Assembly (NCBI GenBank): GCA_946186665.1
Contig: CAMHOE010000002.1
Coordinates: forward strand, 31,014-95,013
From: an uncultured Clostridia bacterium
GTDB lineage: Bacteria > Bacillota > Clostridia > Oscillospirales > Acutalibacteraceae
Reading direction: 5' to 3'
DNA length: 64,000 bases
The notes under the pieces are model-generated. The model did not search any database. It saw nothing but the letters and a program-made list of their open reading frames with translations, and had not been told where the DNA came from. The translations under genes and the position numbers were made by a program. Position 1 is the first letter of the stretch, and each line of letters opens with the position of its first letter. Of this stretch, positions 16,238 to 25,054 are shown piece after piece.

Positions 16238-17485
16238 TTAAACTTTTTCCAGTGCTGACGTTCTGGATATGGACAGCACTATTCCCATCTGTGCAAGAAG
16301 CATGATAAGTGACGAGCCGCCATAGCTGAAAAACGGCAGGCTGATACCTGTGTTCGGCAGCCAGTCGGTGATTACCATAATGTTGAGTATCACCTGTATT
16401 CCTATCTGTGCTGAAAGTCCTATGCCCAGAAGCGAACCGAATTTATCCTTAGCTCTCATGGAAAGGGTAATGCCCCTCCATACAAGAAGCGCAAACACGC
16501 AGAGTATTATCATAGCTCCGATAAAGCCCAGCTCCTCACAAACCACCGCAAATACAAAGTCGTTCTGTACTTCGGGGATATAGAGGAACTTCTGTCTTGA
16601 CTGACCCAGTCCCTGTCCGAACAAACCGCCGGAGCCGATAGCATAAAGGGAGTTTCTTGTCTGATAGGTGTCCTGCCACATTTTATCGTTAGTATACACC
16701 AGTGCCTGTCCCCAGCCTGCAAGTCTGCTCATTGCATAGCCAAGCTTATTTGTAATCAAAAGAACAGCTACGATAAGCACAACAGCTATACCTGCAATAA
16801 CAAAATATCTTATCTTCACACCGCTTATATACATCATAAGGGCAACCAGTATCAATATGATAACAATACCGGAATAATGGGGCTGTAAAAACAGAAGCGG
16901 ACAAATAAGGAGGAGAATTATTATCGCAGGGAGGACGCCGTATCTGAAGGTGTCCATTTTCTTAAAGAACTTTGAACCCCAGTGAGCCATAAAAAGTATG
17001 ACCGCAAACTTCGCCACCTCAGAGGTCTGAACCGTGAAGGCACCGAAGCCTATCCAGCGGTGAACACCGGATTCGTTAGGCCAGAACAAGGTCACACCAA
17101 GAAGTATTACGGAAAAAACAAATATCGGCAATGCAAGCTTATGGAAATGGTGATAGTCAAAATATGAAAGCAAAAACATTGCAGCGATACCGCCCAGTGC
17201 AAAAAGGCCCTGTCTTTTAAGGTAATAGAAGCTGTCATCCAGATATTCAAAGGCTGAGGGGTAGCTTGCGGAAAACATCATGACAAGTCCTACTATAACA
17301 AGCACTATTACAAGGAACAGGAACATCATATCCAGTCCGAGTCTTATGGAAAATACCTTCAGACGTTTCTTTACTTTTTTTGGTATATTAAGCTTTTCGA
17401 CATTACTGCTTTCCGGACGTTTTTCGGGTCTGCGCTCCGGCGACGGAGTGGGAAGCTTTCTTGCCGGTGAGGAATCCATTCTCAA
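16238..17485 (-). CDS. ftsW: FtsW/SpoVE (SEDS family) peptidoglycan polymerase
   Basis: 415 aa polytopic protein with SEDS motifs (PEVQNDFVFAVVCEELGFIG, LPFFSYGGSS). Probable TTG start at 17485 or ATG at 17479. Confidence 0.9.
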   Translation of the reverse strand: MRMDSSPARKLPTPSPERRPEKRPESSNVEKLNIPKKVKKRLKVFSIRLGLDMMFLFLVIVLVIVGLVMMFSASYPSAFEYLDDSFYYLKRQGLFALGGIAAMFLLSYFDYHHFHKLALPIFVFSVILLGVTLFWPNESGVHRWIGFGAFTVQTSEVAKFAVILFMAHWGSKFFKKMDTFRYGVLPAIIILLLICPLLFLQPHYSGIVIILILVALMMYISGVKIRYFVIAGIAVVLIVAVLLITNKLGYAMSRLAGWGQALVYTNDKMWQDTYQTRNSLYAIGSGGLFGQGLGQSRQKFLYIPEVQNDFVFAVVCEELGFIGAMIILCVFALLVWRGITLSMRAKDKFGSLLGIGLSAQIGIQVILNIMVITDWLPNTGISLPFFSYGGSSLIMLLAQMGIVLSISRTSALEKV

Positions 17486-17527
17486 TTAATGACACTTCCT
17501 TTCTTGATGAAATGGTCATAGAATCCG

Positions 17528-18553
17528 TCAGGACGAAAACGCAGCTATTGGGTAGCTGCCGAATGCAACAGCCATATATGAAAGACAGCCGCATATCATG
17601 GTGAATACACTGAATATTACTACTATCTTTACCTCAGACCAGCCGCTCATCTCGAAATGATGATGTATAGGGCTCATCTTGAAAAGTCTCTTACCCTTTG
17701 TGGCTTTGAAGTAAAGCACCTGAAGTATAACAGAGAACATCTCTGCAAAATATATAAGTCCGATTATTATAAGTATTATCGGCATATCAAGGGCAAAGGC
17801 AATTGCGCACACAAAGCCGCCGAGATATAGAGAACCGGTGTCTCCCATGAACACCTTTGCCGGATGGAAGTTCCAGAGTAAAAAGCCCAGACAAGCGCCT
17901 GCCATTGCAGCCGACATTATGGACACGCCCATTCTGCTGACAAAGCTTGCGATAAGCATAAAGAAAACACAGACAAAGAAGGTCACTGAACCGTTGAGTC
18001 CGTCAATACCGTCTGTAAGGTTAACGGCATTGACCGTACCAACAATGAAAATAGCAGCTATGGGATAGTATAAAAGACCTAAATCGACCATGCCGTAAAA
18101 CGGTATATAAGTCTGTGTTTCGCCGCCGAAGAAGAACACCGTTGCAAGATACGCAGCAGCTACTATAAATTGCAGTATAAGCTTTTGCAGCGCAGTAAGT
18201 CCTAAATTTCTTTTCTTCACCGCTTTGATATAGTCATCTATAAAACCTATAGCGCCATAAGCTGCCGCCATAAACATACCTGCAAACATCTTTGCGTTCA
18301 TGAGCGGAGTCTCGTCCACACCGAAAATATGGTACAGTATTATGCAGGCAGTTCCCACAACTATGCTTGCGGCGATAAACATAAATCCGCCCATGATAGG
18401 TGTTCCCTGCTTTGAATTATGCCACTTGGGACCCTCTTCTCTGATAGTCTGTCCGAAGTGTATCTTCTTCAGAAACGGCACCAGCCACATACCAAAGATA
18501 CCTGCAAACGCAAACGCAGCAGCCGCTGCGATAATTGTCCATATTCCTGTCAT
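17528..18553 (-). CDS. mraY: Phospho-N-acetylmuramoyl-pentapeptide transferase
   Basis: 341 aa with NAVNLTDGIDGL and HHHFE motifs. AAGGTGGAG RBS. Confidence 0.95.
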   Translation of the reverse strand: MTGIWTIIAAAAAFAFAGIFGMWLVPFLKKIHFGQTIREEGPKWHNSKQGTPIMGGFMFIAASIVVGTACIILYHIFGVDETPLMNAKMFAGMFMAAAYGAIGFIDDYIKAVKKRNLGLTALQKLILQFIVAAAYLATVFFFGGETQTYIPFYGMVDLGLLYYPIAAIFIVGTVNAVNLTDGIDGLNGSVTFFVCVFFMLIASFVSRMGVSIMSAAMAGACLGFLLWNFHPAKVFMGDTGSLYLGGFVCAIAFALDMPIILIIIGLIYFAEMFSVILQVLYFKATKGKRLFKMSPIHHHFEMSGWSEVKIVVIFSVFTMICGCLSYMAVAFGSYPIAAFSS

Positions 18554-18565
18554 ATCAACAACTCC

Positions 18566-18818
18566 ACCTTATTCGTTATTCGTTATTCTTTATTCACTAT
18601 TTCCGCACAACACGGATGGTTCAAGTAAAAGCATTATGCGTTGTTAAGTCGTCCAGTACGGTCACGCACCGCCGGCGCCGCCCTCAAGGGCTGCTGTTTC
18701 GGCTGCTTTATCCGGACATACAGTCTTTTTCGCCTGCACAGCTTTACGCGCCTGCATATTACAATGTTGAATGTATAAGCTCAAGCAAACCGGAATCCAC
18801 ATCAAGCTTACTATAACA
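18566..18818 (+). repeat. Mosaic repeat with rearranged order: H2 heptads (rc), M10 fragment, M4, M5, H3, M7 fragment, start of M8
   Basis: cttattcgttattcgttattctttattcactattt ... gcgttgttaagtcgtccagtacggtcacgcaccgcc ... ggcgccgccctcaagggctgctgtttcggctgc ... acaatgttgaatgta ... cttactataac. It ends 5 nt from the stop of the next gene. Confidence 0.85.
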
Positions 18819-18823
18819 AAGTT

Positions 18824-19360
18824 TTAAGTTCTGTTAAAATAGCCAAGCACCGGCGCAAGGGGAATACCTGCCGCTATAAGCACGGAAATGCAGGTGAGCA
18901 CCTCCTCTACAGAATACAGGCTGCTGTCTATCCTTGCACGGCTGAGGATACCGCCGCTTACAACGTCAAATACCGTTGAGTCGCCGTGTACACTGATATT
19001 CCTGCACGCCACATCCGCCGAGTAATTATCAACGGAAAATGTCAGCAGACGTTCATCATCCTCCAGACCCGACGCTGCGAACTCATATGGCGCAGCAACT
19101 TTCCGGAAAACGGATGTTTTATCTAAGCAGCTGCAAGTCTCATCCACTATAGCGGTATCAGCAATGATGCCATCCGGTATATCATCACCGCATACGCTGC
19201 CGGAAATAACAAAATCCGTATTCTCTGAAAAAACATCTATACAGCTGTTGTAAGAGCAGAAGTTCAGAATATCCGATATAAGCTCAGAAATACGTTCCGA
19301 ATTTTTGCACATAACAAATATCAGCTTTGGATATTGTACAGTCTTTATCCTGTTTGTCAT
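18824..19360 (-). CDS. Hypothetical protein occupying the dcw position where murE/murF normally sit
   Basis: 178 aa with ATG and a GGAGGTG RBS. No P-loop. Only the C-terminal ~45 aa (..SVEEVLTCISVLIAAGIPLAPVLGYF) loosely recall the end of a Mur-ligase central domain. Confidence 0.45.
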   Translation of the reverse strand: MTNRIKTVQYPKLIFVMCKNSERISELISDILNFCSYNSCIDVFSENTDFVISGSVCGDDIPDGIIADTAIVDETCSCLDKTSVFRKVAAPYEFAASGLEDDERLLTFSVDNYSADVACRNISVHGDSTVFDVVSGGILSRARIDSSLYSVEEVLTCISVLIAAGIPLAPVLGYFNRT

Positions 19361-19502
19361 TTAACGCACCTCCGCGAAGGCTCTTGGCCTGCCTTTTAAA
19401 AAGTCCTGTGCAGAAACACACTTCCGATAAATACATATCAGGCTATGCGGCACACAGCTGTACCGCATTGCCTGTCGTCTTATCATATTGCTTATCTTAT
19501 CG

Positions 19503-21752
19503 CTACATGATACCGTTGTCCTGATTGAAGGTAACGGTGATAACAGTATACGGGTCCACCTTTGTTCCGGCGGCTATATCCTGTTTCTTTGCGTATGTCG
19601 TACCCTCTGAGGATATGGAACCGTTGATACTGATATTAAGCTTGCTTTCCGCCGCAAGCTCATTCACATCAGAAAGGCTCATATTCGAGAAGTCAGGTAC
19701 CTTCACCTGTTTTATCTCCGTATCCTCTTCGGTGTAGAGAACTACTGTTCCGTCCTTTGGCATTGAAGAGTATGCCGCCGGATTTTGTGCGATTACAGTA
19801 TCGCCCTTTCCTACTACAACAGCTGTAAGGCCGTCATTCTTTACAGCCGCCTTTGCATCTTCAACGCTCACGCCTGTATAGCCTCCTGCTGTCGTGTCGA
19901 GATTTCCTATCTCCTCATCAGAATATACCTTTTCTATTCCAAGATACGGCAGAACCTCACTCAGAATATTTCTGAAGCAGGGACCTGCAACAGCAGAACC
20001 ATAGTAGTTTATTTCAGGGTCAGGCGTATCGAAATAACATATCAGGGCTATCTCGGGGTCATCAGCCGGTGCAAAGCCGCAGAACGAACCGATGTAGTCA
20101 TCTGTGGGGTTGCCGTCGTCATCGACCTTTTTCTGGGATGTACCTGTCTTAGCTGCTATTCTGTAGCCTGCGATATATCCGTTTGTACCACCGCCGCTTA
20201 CAACGTTGTTTTCAAGCATCCTGCACATCTGGGACGCTACATCTGTGGATATTGCCTGATGCCTTACGGTAGGTTCTGTTATCTTTACTACGTTTCCGTT
20301 GGAATCCGAAATGCTTGACACAACATAAGGCGTCATAAGATTTCCGTCATTTGCAATCGCTGCGCAGGCTGAAAGCATCTGGATAGGAGTTATCTTGAAG
20401 TTCTGTCCGAAGGACGCAACGGCAAGGTCTGTAAGGTCCATTCCGTGTACGCCATCGTGGTTAAAGAAGTAATCGTCACTCTCACCGGGCAGGTCAATAC
20501 CAGTTTTCTCGGACATACCGAAAGCGACATAGTATTCATAGAATTTTTCACGTCCGAGCATGAAGCCCATCTGCATGAAAGCAGGGTTGCAGGAATTGCA
20601 TAGTGCCTGCTCCAGCGTCTGCGTGCCATGACCGGAGCTGAGCCAGCAGGTGATCTCGCCCGAACCCTCAAAGGGAGCGTAGGAACCTGAACACTCAAAC
20701 CTTGTATCCTTTTCTATCATTCCCTCAGACAGCACAGACGAAGCCGTTACCATCTTGAAAACGGAACCGGGAATATAGGTATCACTCACGCCCTTATTTC
20801 TCCATTGCTGCTGCTGCGCCTTAGCGGTCGCCTCATCCTGTTCATCCTCAGGAAGCTCTTCAATCTGCTTTGCGATTTTTTCATCCGCTATCTTGTACGG
20901 CTCGTTCGGATTGAAGGAGCCTTCACAGGCAAAGCCCAGTATAGCGCCTGTCTTGACGTTCATCATTATTGCGCAGCCTCTGTTTGCAACATTGAACTCG
21001 TCAATCGTTTCCCTCACGTATTTTTCCATAACACTCTGGATATACTCATCCACTGTAAGCGTAAGGTTATAGCCGTCTATGGCGTCAACCTTCTGTTCAT
21101 ACTCGTAAGGCATTTCCTCACCGGCGGCATTCCTTGCAATAACAAGTCTGCCGGGCTGACCGGTCAGATACTCGTCATACTGGTACTCTATACCGGAAAG
21201 TCCCTGACTGTCTGCACCCGTAAAGCCCATTACGTCCGCTAAGAAGTTATCGTTTGTATAATATCGCTTGTAGTTCTCGACTGCTTTTATCACACCCGAG
21301 ATACCGTTTTTCTCCTTTTTTTCCGCAGCAAAATTCAGCACCTCGTCCTTTACAGCCGTGTCAACCTTTCTTTTGACAACGGAGTAATAGCCCTCTTCCT
21401 TTGTCAGCTCAAAAACCTCTGCTTCCTCTAAGTCCAGTATCTTTGCAAGGCCCTGAGCAATAATAAGTCCGTCATCTTCGCTTTTGATATTAGCAGGCTC
21501 CAGTACGATATCCCAGACTGTAACACTCTGAGCCAGCAGTGTACCGTTACAGTCATATATACTTCCGCGTTTTGCGCTGAGAACAGTATCGGACAGCTGC
21601 TGATTTACCGCCTTCTGCTGGAGCCATTCAGACTCTGAGGTTTGCAGGTAAAGCAGTCTGCCTGAGATAGTTCCGAAGCCCAGAACTATTATCAAGACCA
21701 TCACTATTATAGACCTTGTCCACAGCTTTGCAGAAGCTCCTTTCTTTGCCAT
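19503..21752 (-). CDS. Class B penicillin-binding protein (FtsI/PBP2B/SpoVD type) with two C-terminal PASTA domains
   Basis: 749 aa with an N-terminal TM, SxxK (GSVFK), SxN (SCN) and KTG(T) motifs, and two PASTA-like repeats at the C-terminus. In dcw context after ftsL. Confidence 0.9.
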   Translation of the reverse strand: MAKKGASAKLWTRSIIVMVLIIVLGFGTISGRLLYLQTSESEWLQQKAVNQQLSDTVLSAKRGSIYDCNGTLLAQSVTVWDIVLEPANIKSEDDGLIIAQGLAKILDLEEAEVFELTKEEGYYSVVKRKVDTAVKDEVLNFAAEKKEKNGISGVIKAVENYKRYYTNDNFLADVMGFTGADSQGLSGIEYQYDEYLTGQPGRLVIARNAAGEEMPYEYEQKVDAIDGYNLTLTVDEYIQSVMEKYVRETIDEFNVANRGCAIMMNVKTGAILGFACEGSFNPNEPYKIADEKIAKQIEELPEDEQDEATAKAQQQQWRNKGVSDTYIPGSVFKMVTASSVLSEGMIEKDTRFECSGSYAPFEGSGEITCWLSSGHGTQTLEQALCNSCNPAFMQMGFMLGREKFYEYYVAFGMSEKTGIDLPGESDDYFFNHDGVHGMDLTDLAVASFGQNFKITPIQMLSACAAIANDGNLMTPYVVSSISDSNGNVVKITEPTVRHQAISTDVASQMCRMLENNVVSGGGTNGYIAGYRIAAKTGTSQKKVDDDGNPTDDYIGSFCGFAPADDPEIALICYFDTPDPEINYYGSAVAGPCFRNILSEVLPYLGIEKVYSDEEIGNLDTTAGGYTGVSVEDAKAAVKNDGLTAVVVGKGDTVIAQNPAAYSSMPKDGTVVLYTEEDTEIKQVKVPDFSNMSLSDVNELAAESKLNISINGSISSEGTTYAKKQDIAAGTKVDPYTVITVTFNQDNGIM

Positions 21753-22095
21753 TGATTATCCCCTTCCCGAACAAATGCCGCGCTATTATCCTCCTACAGA
21801 TATTCCCTGCGGCAGCAGCGCTGCATCACCTCATCTTATAATAAAACAATGCGTGAAACAGCTAAACTTTCAAAAGTAACAAAACGGGCGGCGTGTACAA
21901 AGGAACGCTGTACAAATAATCCCCATACCCCAAAAGACTTTTCAGCCGCAAAAGCTTCAAAACTGTCTCCTGATACACGGACAATGTGTACAGCGATGTT
22001 TCCTCATAAGAGAATACTGTATCCCCTTATTCTGCATCCACCCTATTATATTTACGAGACCGTGCTATTATGATGCTCTCTGCTTCATCACAAGC

Positions 22096-22629
22096 TCATG
22101 AGCCGGAAAACATACTTGCAAAAGTATCGAAGAAAGAATCTCTTTCACCTTCATTTATGACCTCACCCACATCACCGTCAGTAAGGGATACGAACTCCTT
22201 CTGAGCGTTGTTTGCCTGAGTCATGCCAAGCTTTGTTTCCGCATACTGCTGTACAAGCTCTGCTGTGAGCTTTCTGTCTATCTGGAGCTGATACTGAGCT
22301 TCGAGATTATTCTGGTTCTCGATGACCTTATTTGCCTGAAGTATCTTTTCATTCAGCTCGTTGATAATAACATTGTTATACACAATAAAGCCGCAAATCG
22401 CCGTAACTGCAACAGTCAGCAGTGATATAACGAATATCAACAGAGGATTTCTCTTTCTTCTCTGGGCTTTTTCCGAAGTATCGGTGTCCAGTCTTATCAC
22501 TTTGCTTTTATCGTTCTTTTCCTTTTTGTCATCTTTTGCAGCTTTGTTTTCTTTAGATTTTTTTTCCTTCGGGTCCGGCTCGAACAAAGACAGGTCGTAT
22601 GCCAGCCCGTTACGTTTATTATCTGACAA
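22096..22629 (-). CDS. ftsL: FtsL-like cell division protein (single TM plus coiled coil)
   Basis: 177 aa with a K/E-rich N-terminus, TM LLIFVISLLTVAVTAICGFIV, then a coiled coil. Sits upstream of the PBP. TTG start with a GGAAAGGAAG RBS. Confidence 0.7.
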   Translation of the reverse strand: MSDNKRNGLAYDLSLFEPDPKEKKSKENKAAKDDKKEKNDKSKVIRLDTDTSEKAQRRKRNPLLIFVISLLTVAVTAICGFIVYNNVIINELNEKILQANKVIENQNNLEAQYQLQIDRKLTAELVQQYAETKLGMTQANNAQKEFVSLTDGDVGEVINEGERDSFFDTFASMFSGS

Positions 22630-22705
22630 AACCGTAACTTCCTTTCCTCAGAATCATATTTTCATAAATAACTATAGCGATTTCTAAAAATCAGCAGATA
22701 GTATA

Positions 22706-23128
22706 TCACAGGTCTGCTTCACCGAGTAGTTTATCAAACTCGCCATCAAATTCGTCTGTGAGATCCAGTTCTTCAAGCAGACGCTCAACGTCGATTTCGT
22801 CGTCATCGTCGTTATCGCTTTCATTGAATTTATCTTCTTGGTTCAATTCATCAAAAATTTTTTTAAATTCCTCATCATCGTTATCATTTTCATTTATTTC
22901 CTTTTCAAGGTAAAAAGTATAGCCAGTGTGGTAGAACATATAAGAGCCCGGTTGTCCCTGAATCGCAGGTGAATATTCCGGTAATATCTGCTTTACCTCA
23001 TAGTGCATTAATAACAGCTTGTTCATTATGTCCTCAATTTTTGGATAATACTCTGCGAAAAATCTGTTTCCGTTAGTAAGTTCCTCAGAATTGCCATCGT
23101 TGATATGTAAGACCCTGCATTTTTTCAT
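22706..23128 (-). CDS. Hypothetical protein with a strongly acidic C-terminal half, inserted between rsmH and ftsL
   Basis: 140 aa ORF. I recognise no family. D/E/N-rich tail. The RBS is weak. Confidence 0.45.
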   Translation of the reverse strand: MKKCRVLHINDGNSEELTNGNRFFAEYYPKIEDIMNKLLLMHYEVKQILPEYSPAIQGQPGSYMFYHTGYTFYLEKEINENDNDDEEFKKIFDELNQEDKFNESDNDDDDEIDVERLLEELDLTDEFDGEFDKLLGEADL

Positions 23129-23279
23129 ATCAGTAATACATCTCCCGTTCTATTCAAAATATATAGTAAACAACGTTAATATTTGTCTGCTGTTATTCCG
23201 AATGCGGTGAGGAATCTTTTACAGGATTCTTCGTTTCTATCTCTACTCAGAATGACATATAGGGCTGTTTATTTAGTCG

Positions 23280-23435
23280 TTTACTATAAATGTTCAATGA
23301 ATTATACAGACATTTGAATACCATCACCGCACTATTGTTTGCGGGCACATACCTATCCTTTCACTCAGAAGCCGCAGCGCGAATTGACAGCGGAGGCACT
23401 CCGCCGCGAATCGGGTGCGCAAGCCGGGCGCAGCA
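23280..23435. repeat. Partial mosaic repeat (M8/H3 fragments and two reverse-orientation M1 units) overlapping the 3' end of rsmH
   Basis: tttactataaatgttcaatg ... cgcgaattgacagcggaggcactccgc and cgcgaatcgggtgcgcaagccgggcgc. Compare 38712-38765. Confidence 0.75.
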
Positions 23436-24341
23436 GCGGAGCTTTGCGCTTCGGCTGCGGGGGTTTTCCGCAAGCTCCTCAGCGGACGCTTCAATGGGCT
23501 TTCTGTAAATAAGCTTTGCTTCGGGCGTTTTGCCGCAGACGCAAACCGGAAAATCCTTCGGACAGGTGCATCCGGTACACCACTTTGCCATTCTCTGCTT
23601 GACAAGCCTGTCCTCTAAAGAATGAAATGTTATTACAGACAACCTTCCACCGGGTCTGAGTGCATTAAAGGCATTGTCAAGCCCCTGTGAAAGTCTGTCG
23701 AGTTCACCGTTCACTGCTATGCGCAGTGCTTGAAAGGTTTTTCTTGCAGGGTGCTTATCGTGTCTTTTAGCGGCAGGATAAGCAGACTTTACTATTTCCG
23801 CAAGCCTGAGAGTCGAATTTATCGGCTCTTTTTCTCTTTCTCTTTCTATTGCCCTTGCTATCTGCTTTGCGAATTTTTCTTCTCCATAGGCATATAATAT
23901 ATGCACAAGCTCGGAGTAGGAAAGAGTATTCACAAGGTCAGAAGCAGATGTTCCGCTCTGACTCATCCGCATATCAAGCGGCGCGTCATAGTGATAAGAA
24001 AAGCCTCTGCCGGCAGTATCAAGCTGATGAGACGAAACGCCTATATCCAGCAGAACACCGTCCAGAAGTTCAATGCCAAGCCCCGAAAGAATCTCGGGTA
24101 TCTCGGAAAAATTTGAGCGTACAATTGCTACGTTTTCACAGCCGTCAAAGCGCTTGTGGAGCGTTTCGATCGCGTCGGGATCCTGGTCGACGCATATCAG
24201 CCGTCCTGTTTTCAATGCTTTAAATATCTCTGCGGAATGACCTCCGCCGCCTGCCGTTCCGTCAAGGTAGACACCGTCAGGCTTTATATCCAGCGAATTT
24301 ATCGTCTCTGCAAGCAAAACAGACTTATGAGAAAATTCCAT
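23361..24341 (-). CDS. rsmH: 16S rRNA (cytosine1402-N4)-methyltransferase RsmH
   Basis: N-terminus HKSVLLAETI..., GGGGHS motif, DLGVSS-like LDIGVSSHQLD, and ..NPRSRSAKLR near the C-terminus. The last ~24 aa are encoded by repeat module M1. Confidence 0.95.
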   Translation of the reverse strand: MEFSHKSVLLAETINSLDIKPDGVYLDGTAGGGGHSAEIFKALKTGRLICVDQDPDAIETLHKRFDGCENVAIVRSNFSEIPEILSGLGIELLDGVLLDIGVSSHQLDTAGRGFSYHYDAPLDMRMSQSGTSASDLVNTLSYSELVHILYAYGEEKFAKQIARAIEREREKEPINSTLRLAEIVKSAYPAAKRHDKHPARKTFQALRIAVNGELDRLSQGLDNAFNALRPGGRLSVITFHSLEDRLVKQRMAKWCTGCTCPKDFPVCVCGKTPEAKLIYRKPIEASAEELAENPRSRSAKLRCCARLAHPIRGGVPPLSIRAAASE

Positions 24342-24352
24342 AATTCACCGTC

Positions 24353-24772
24353 CTAAATTTCGTACATATTCATGACCTCAAGCACTTGACTTTCAGATAT
24401 TTCTTCATTATACTTATTCCAGCGGTCAAGGTCCCATATCTCTACTCTGGAGCCTGTACCGATTATCATAACATCCTTGTCAAGATGTGCATAATCTCTG
24501 AGAACCTGCGGAATAAGCACTCTGCCCTGTTTATCAGGAATAAGCTCAGCGGCACTTGAAAACAGAAAACGTTTCAGATCCTTTGTCTGTGCTGAAGGCA
24601 GGGAGCAGATCTTTTCACCAAGCTCATCCCATGCTTGTTTTGAAAGAACCGTGATAGACTCATCTGTTCCTTTGGTAGCATAAAAAACCTCACCAAGCTC
24701 CTCACGGAACTTAGCAGGCATTATCACTCGACCCTTGACGTCGATATTATGTTGAAATGAACCCATCAACAT
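24353..24772 (-). CDS. mraZ: Transcriptional regulator MraZ
   Basis: MLMGSFQHNIDVKGRVIMPAKFRE is the canonical MraZ N-terminus (SpoVT/AbrB-like duplication). The ORF-track 5' extension covers the leader and I reject it. Confidence 0.9.
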   Translation of the reverse strand: MLMGSFQHNIDVKGRVIMPAKFREELGEVFYATKGTDESITVLSKQAWDELGEKICSLPSAQTKDLKRFLFSSAAELIPDKQGRVLIPQVLRDYAHLDKDVMIIGTGSRVEIWDLDRWNKYNEEISESQVLEVMNMYEI

Positions 24773-24818
24773 ATCTGCCACCGTTTTACGAAAGCTGTAC
24801 ACTCTCTGCCCGAATGTG

Positions 24819-24845
24819 CCACTTCCAACCACCTTTCACCACTTT
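24819..24845 (-). promoter_or_regulatory. Three direct GTGG boxes with exact 10-nt spacing in the mraZ leader (candidate MraZ operator)
   Basis: Minus strand reads AAAGTGGTGAAAGGTGGTTGGAAGTGG. On the plus strand CCAC sits at 24819, 24829 and 24839. The boxes lie immediately downstream of the predicted -10. Confidence 0.5.
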
Positions 24846-24853
24846 ATGTTATT

Positions 24854-24882
24854 ATTATAAAATAAACGGGAATAAATTTCAA
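24854..24882 (-). promoter_or_regulatory. Sigma-A type promoter of the dcw operon (Pmra)
   Basis: Minus strand reads TTGAAA - 17 nt - TATAAT. Confidence 0.65.
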
Positions 24883-25054
24883 GTTTATTAAAGAATAATT
24901 ATCTGTGTTTTTTAGTTTTTTTACAGAGAAATTTTTACACAACAAAGAAAACTGTCGATTTTTCAAACAATAGTTCGATTTTTATTCATCTTTTGCACAA
25001 TGAATAATCTTCTGTTTTGTGCAAAGAATATAATTGAAACGGAGTGGTGGAAAA

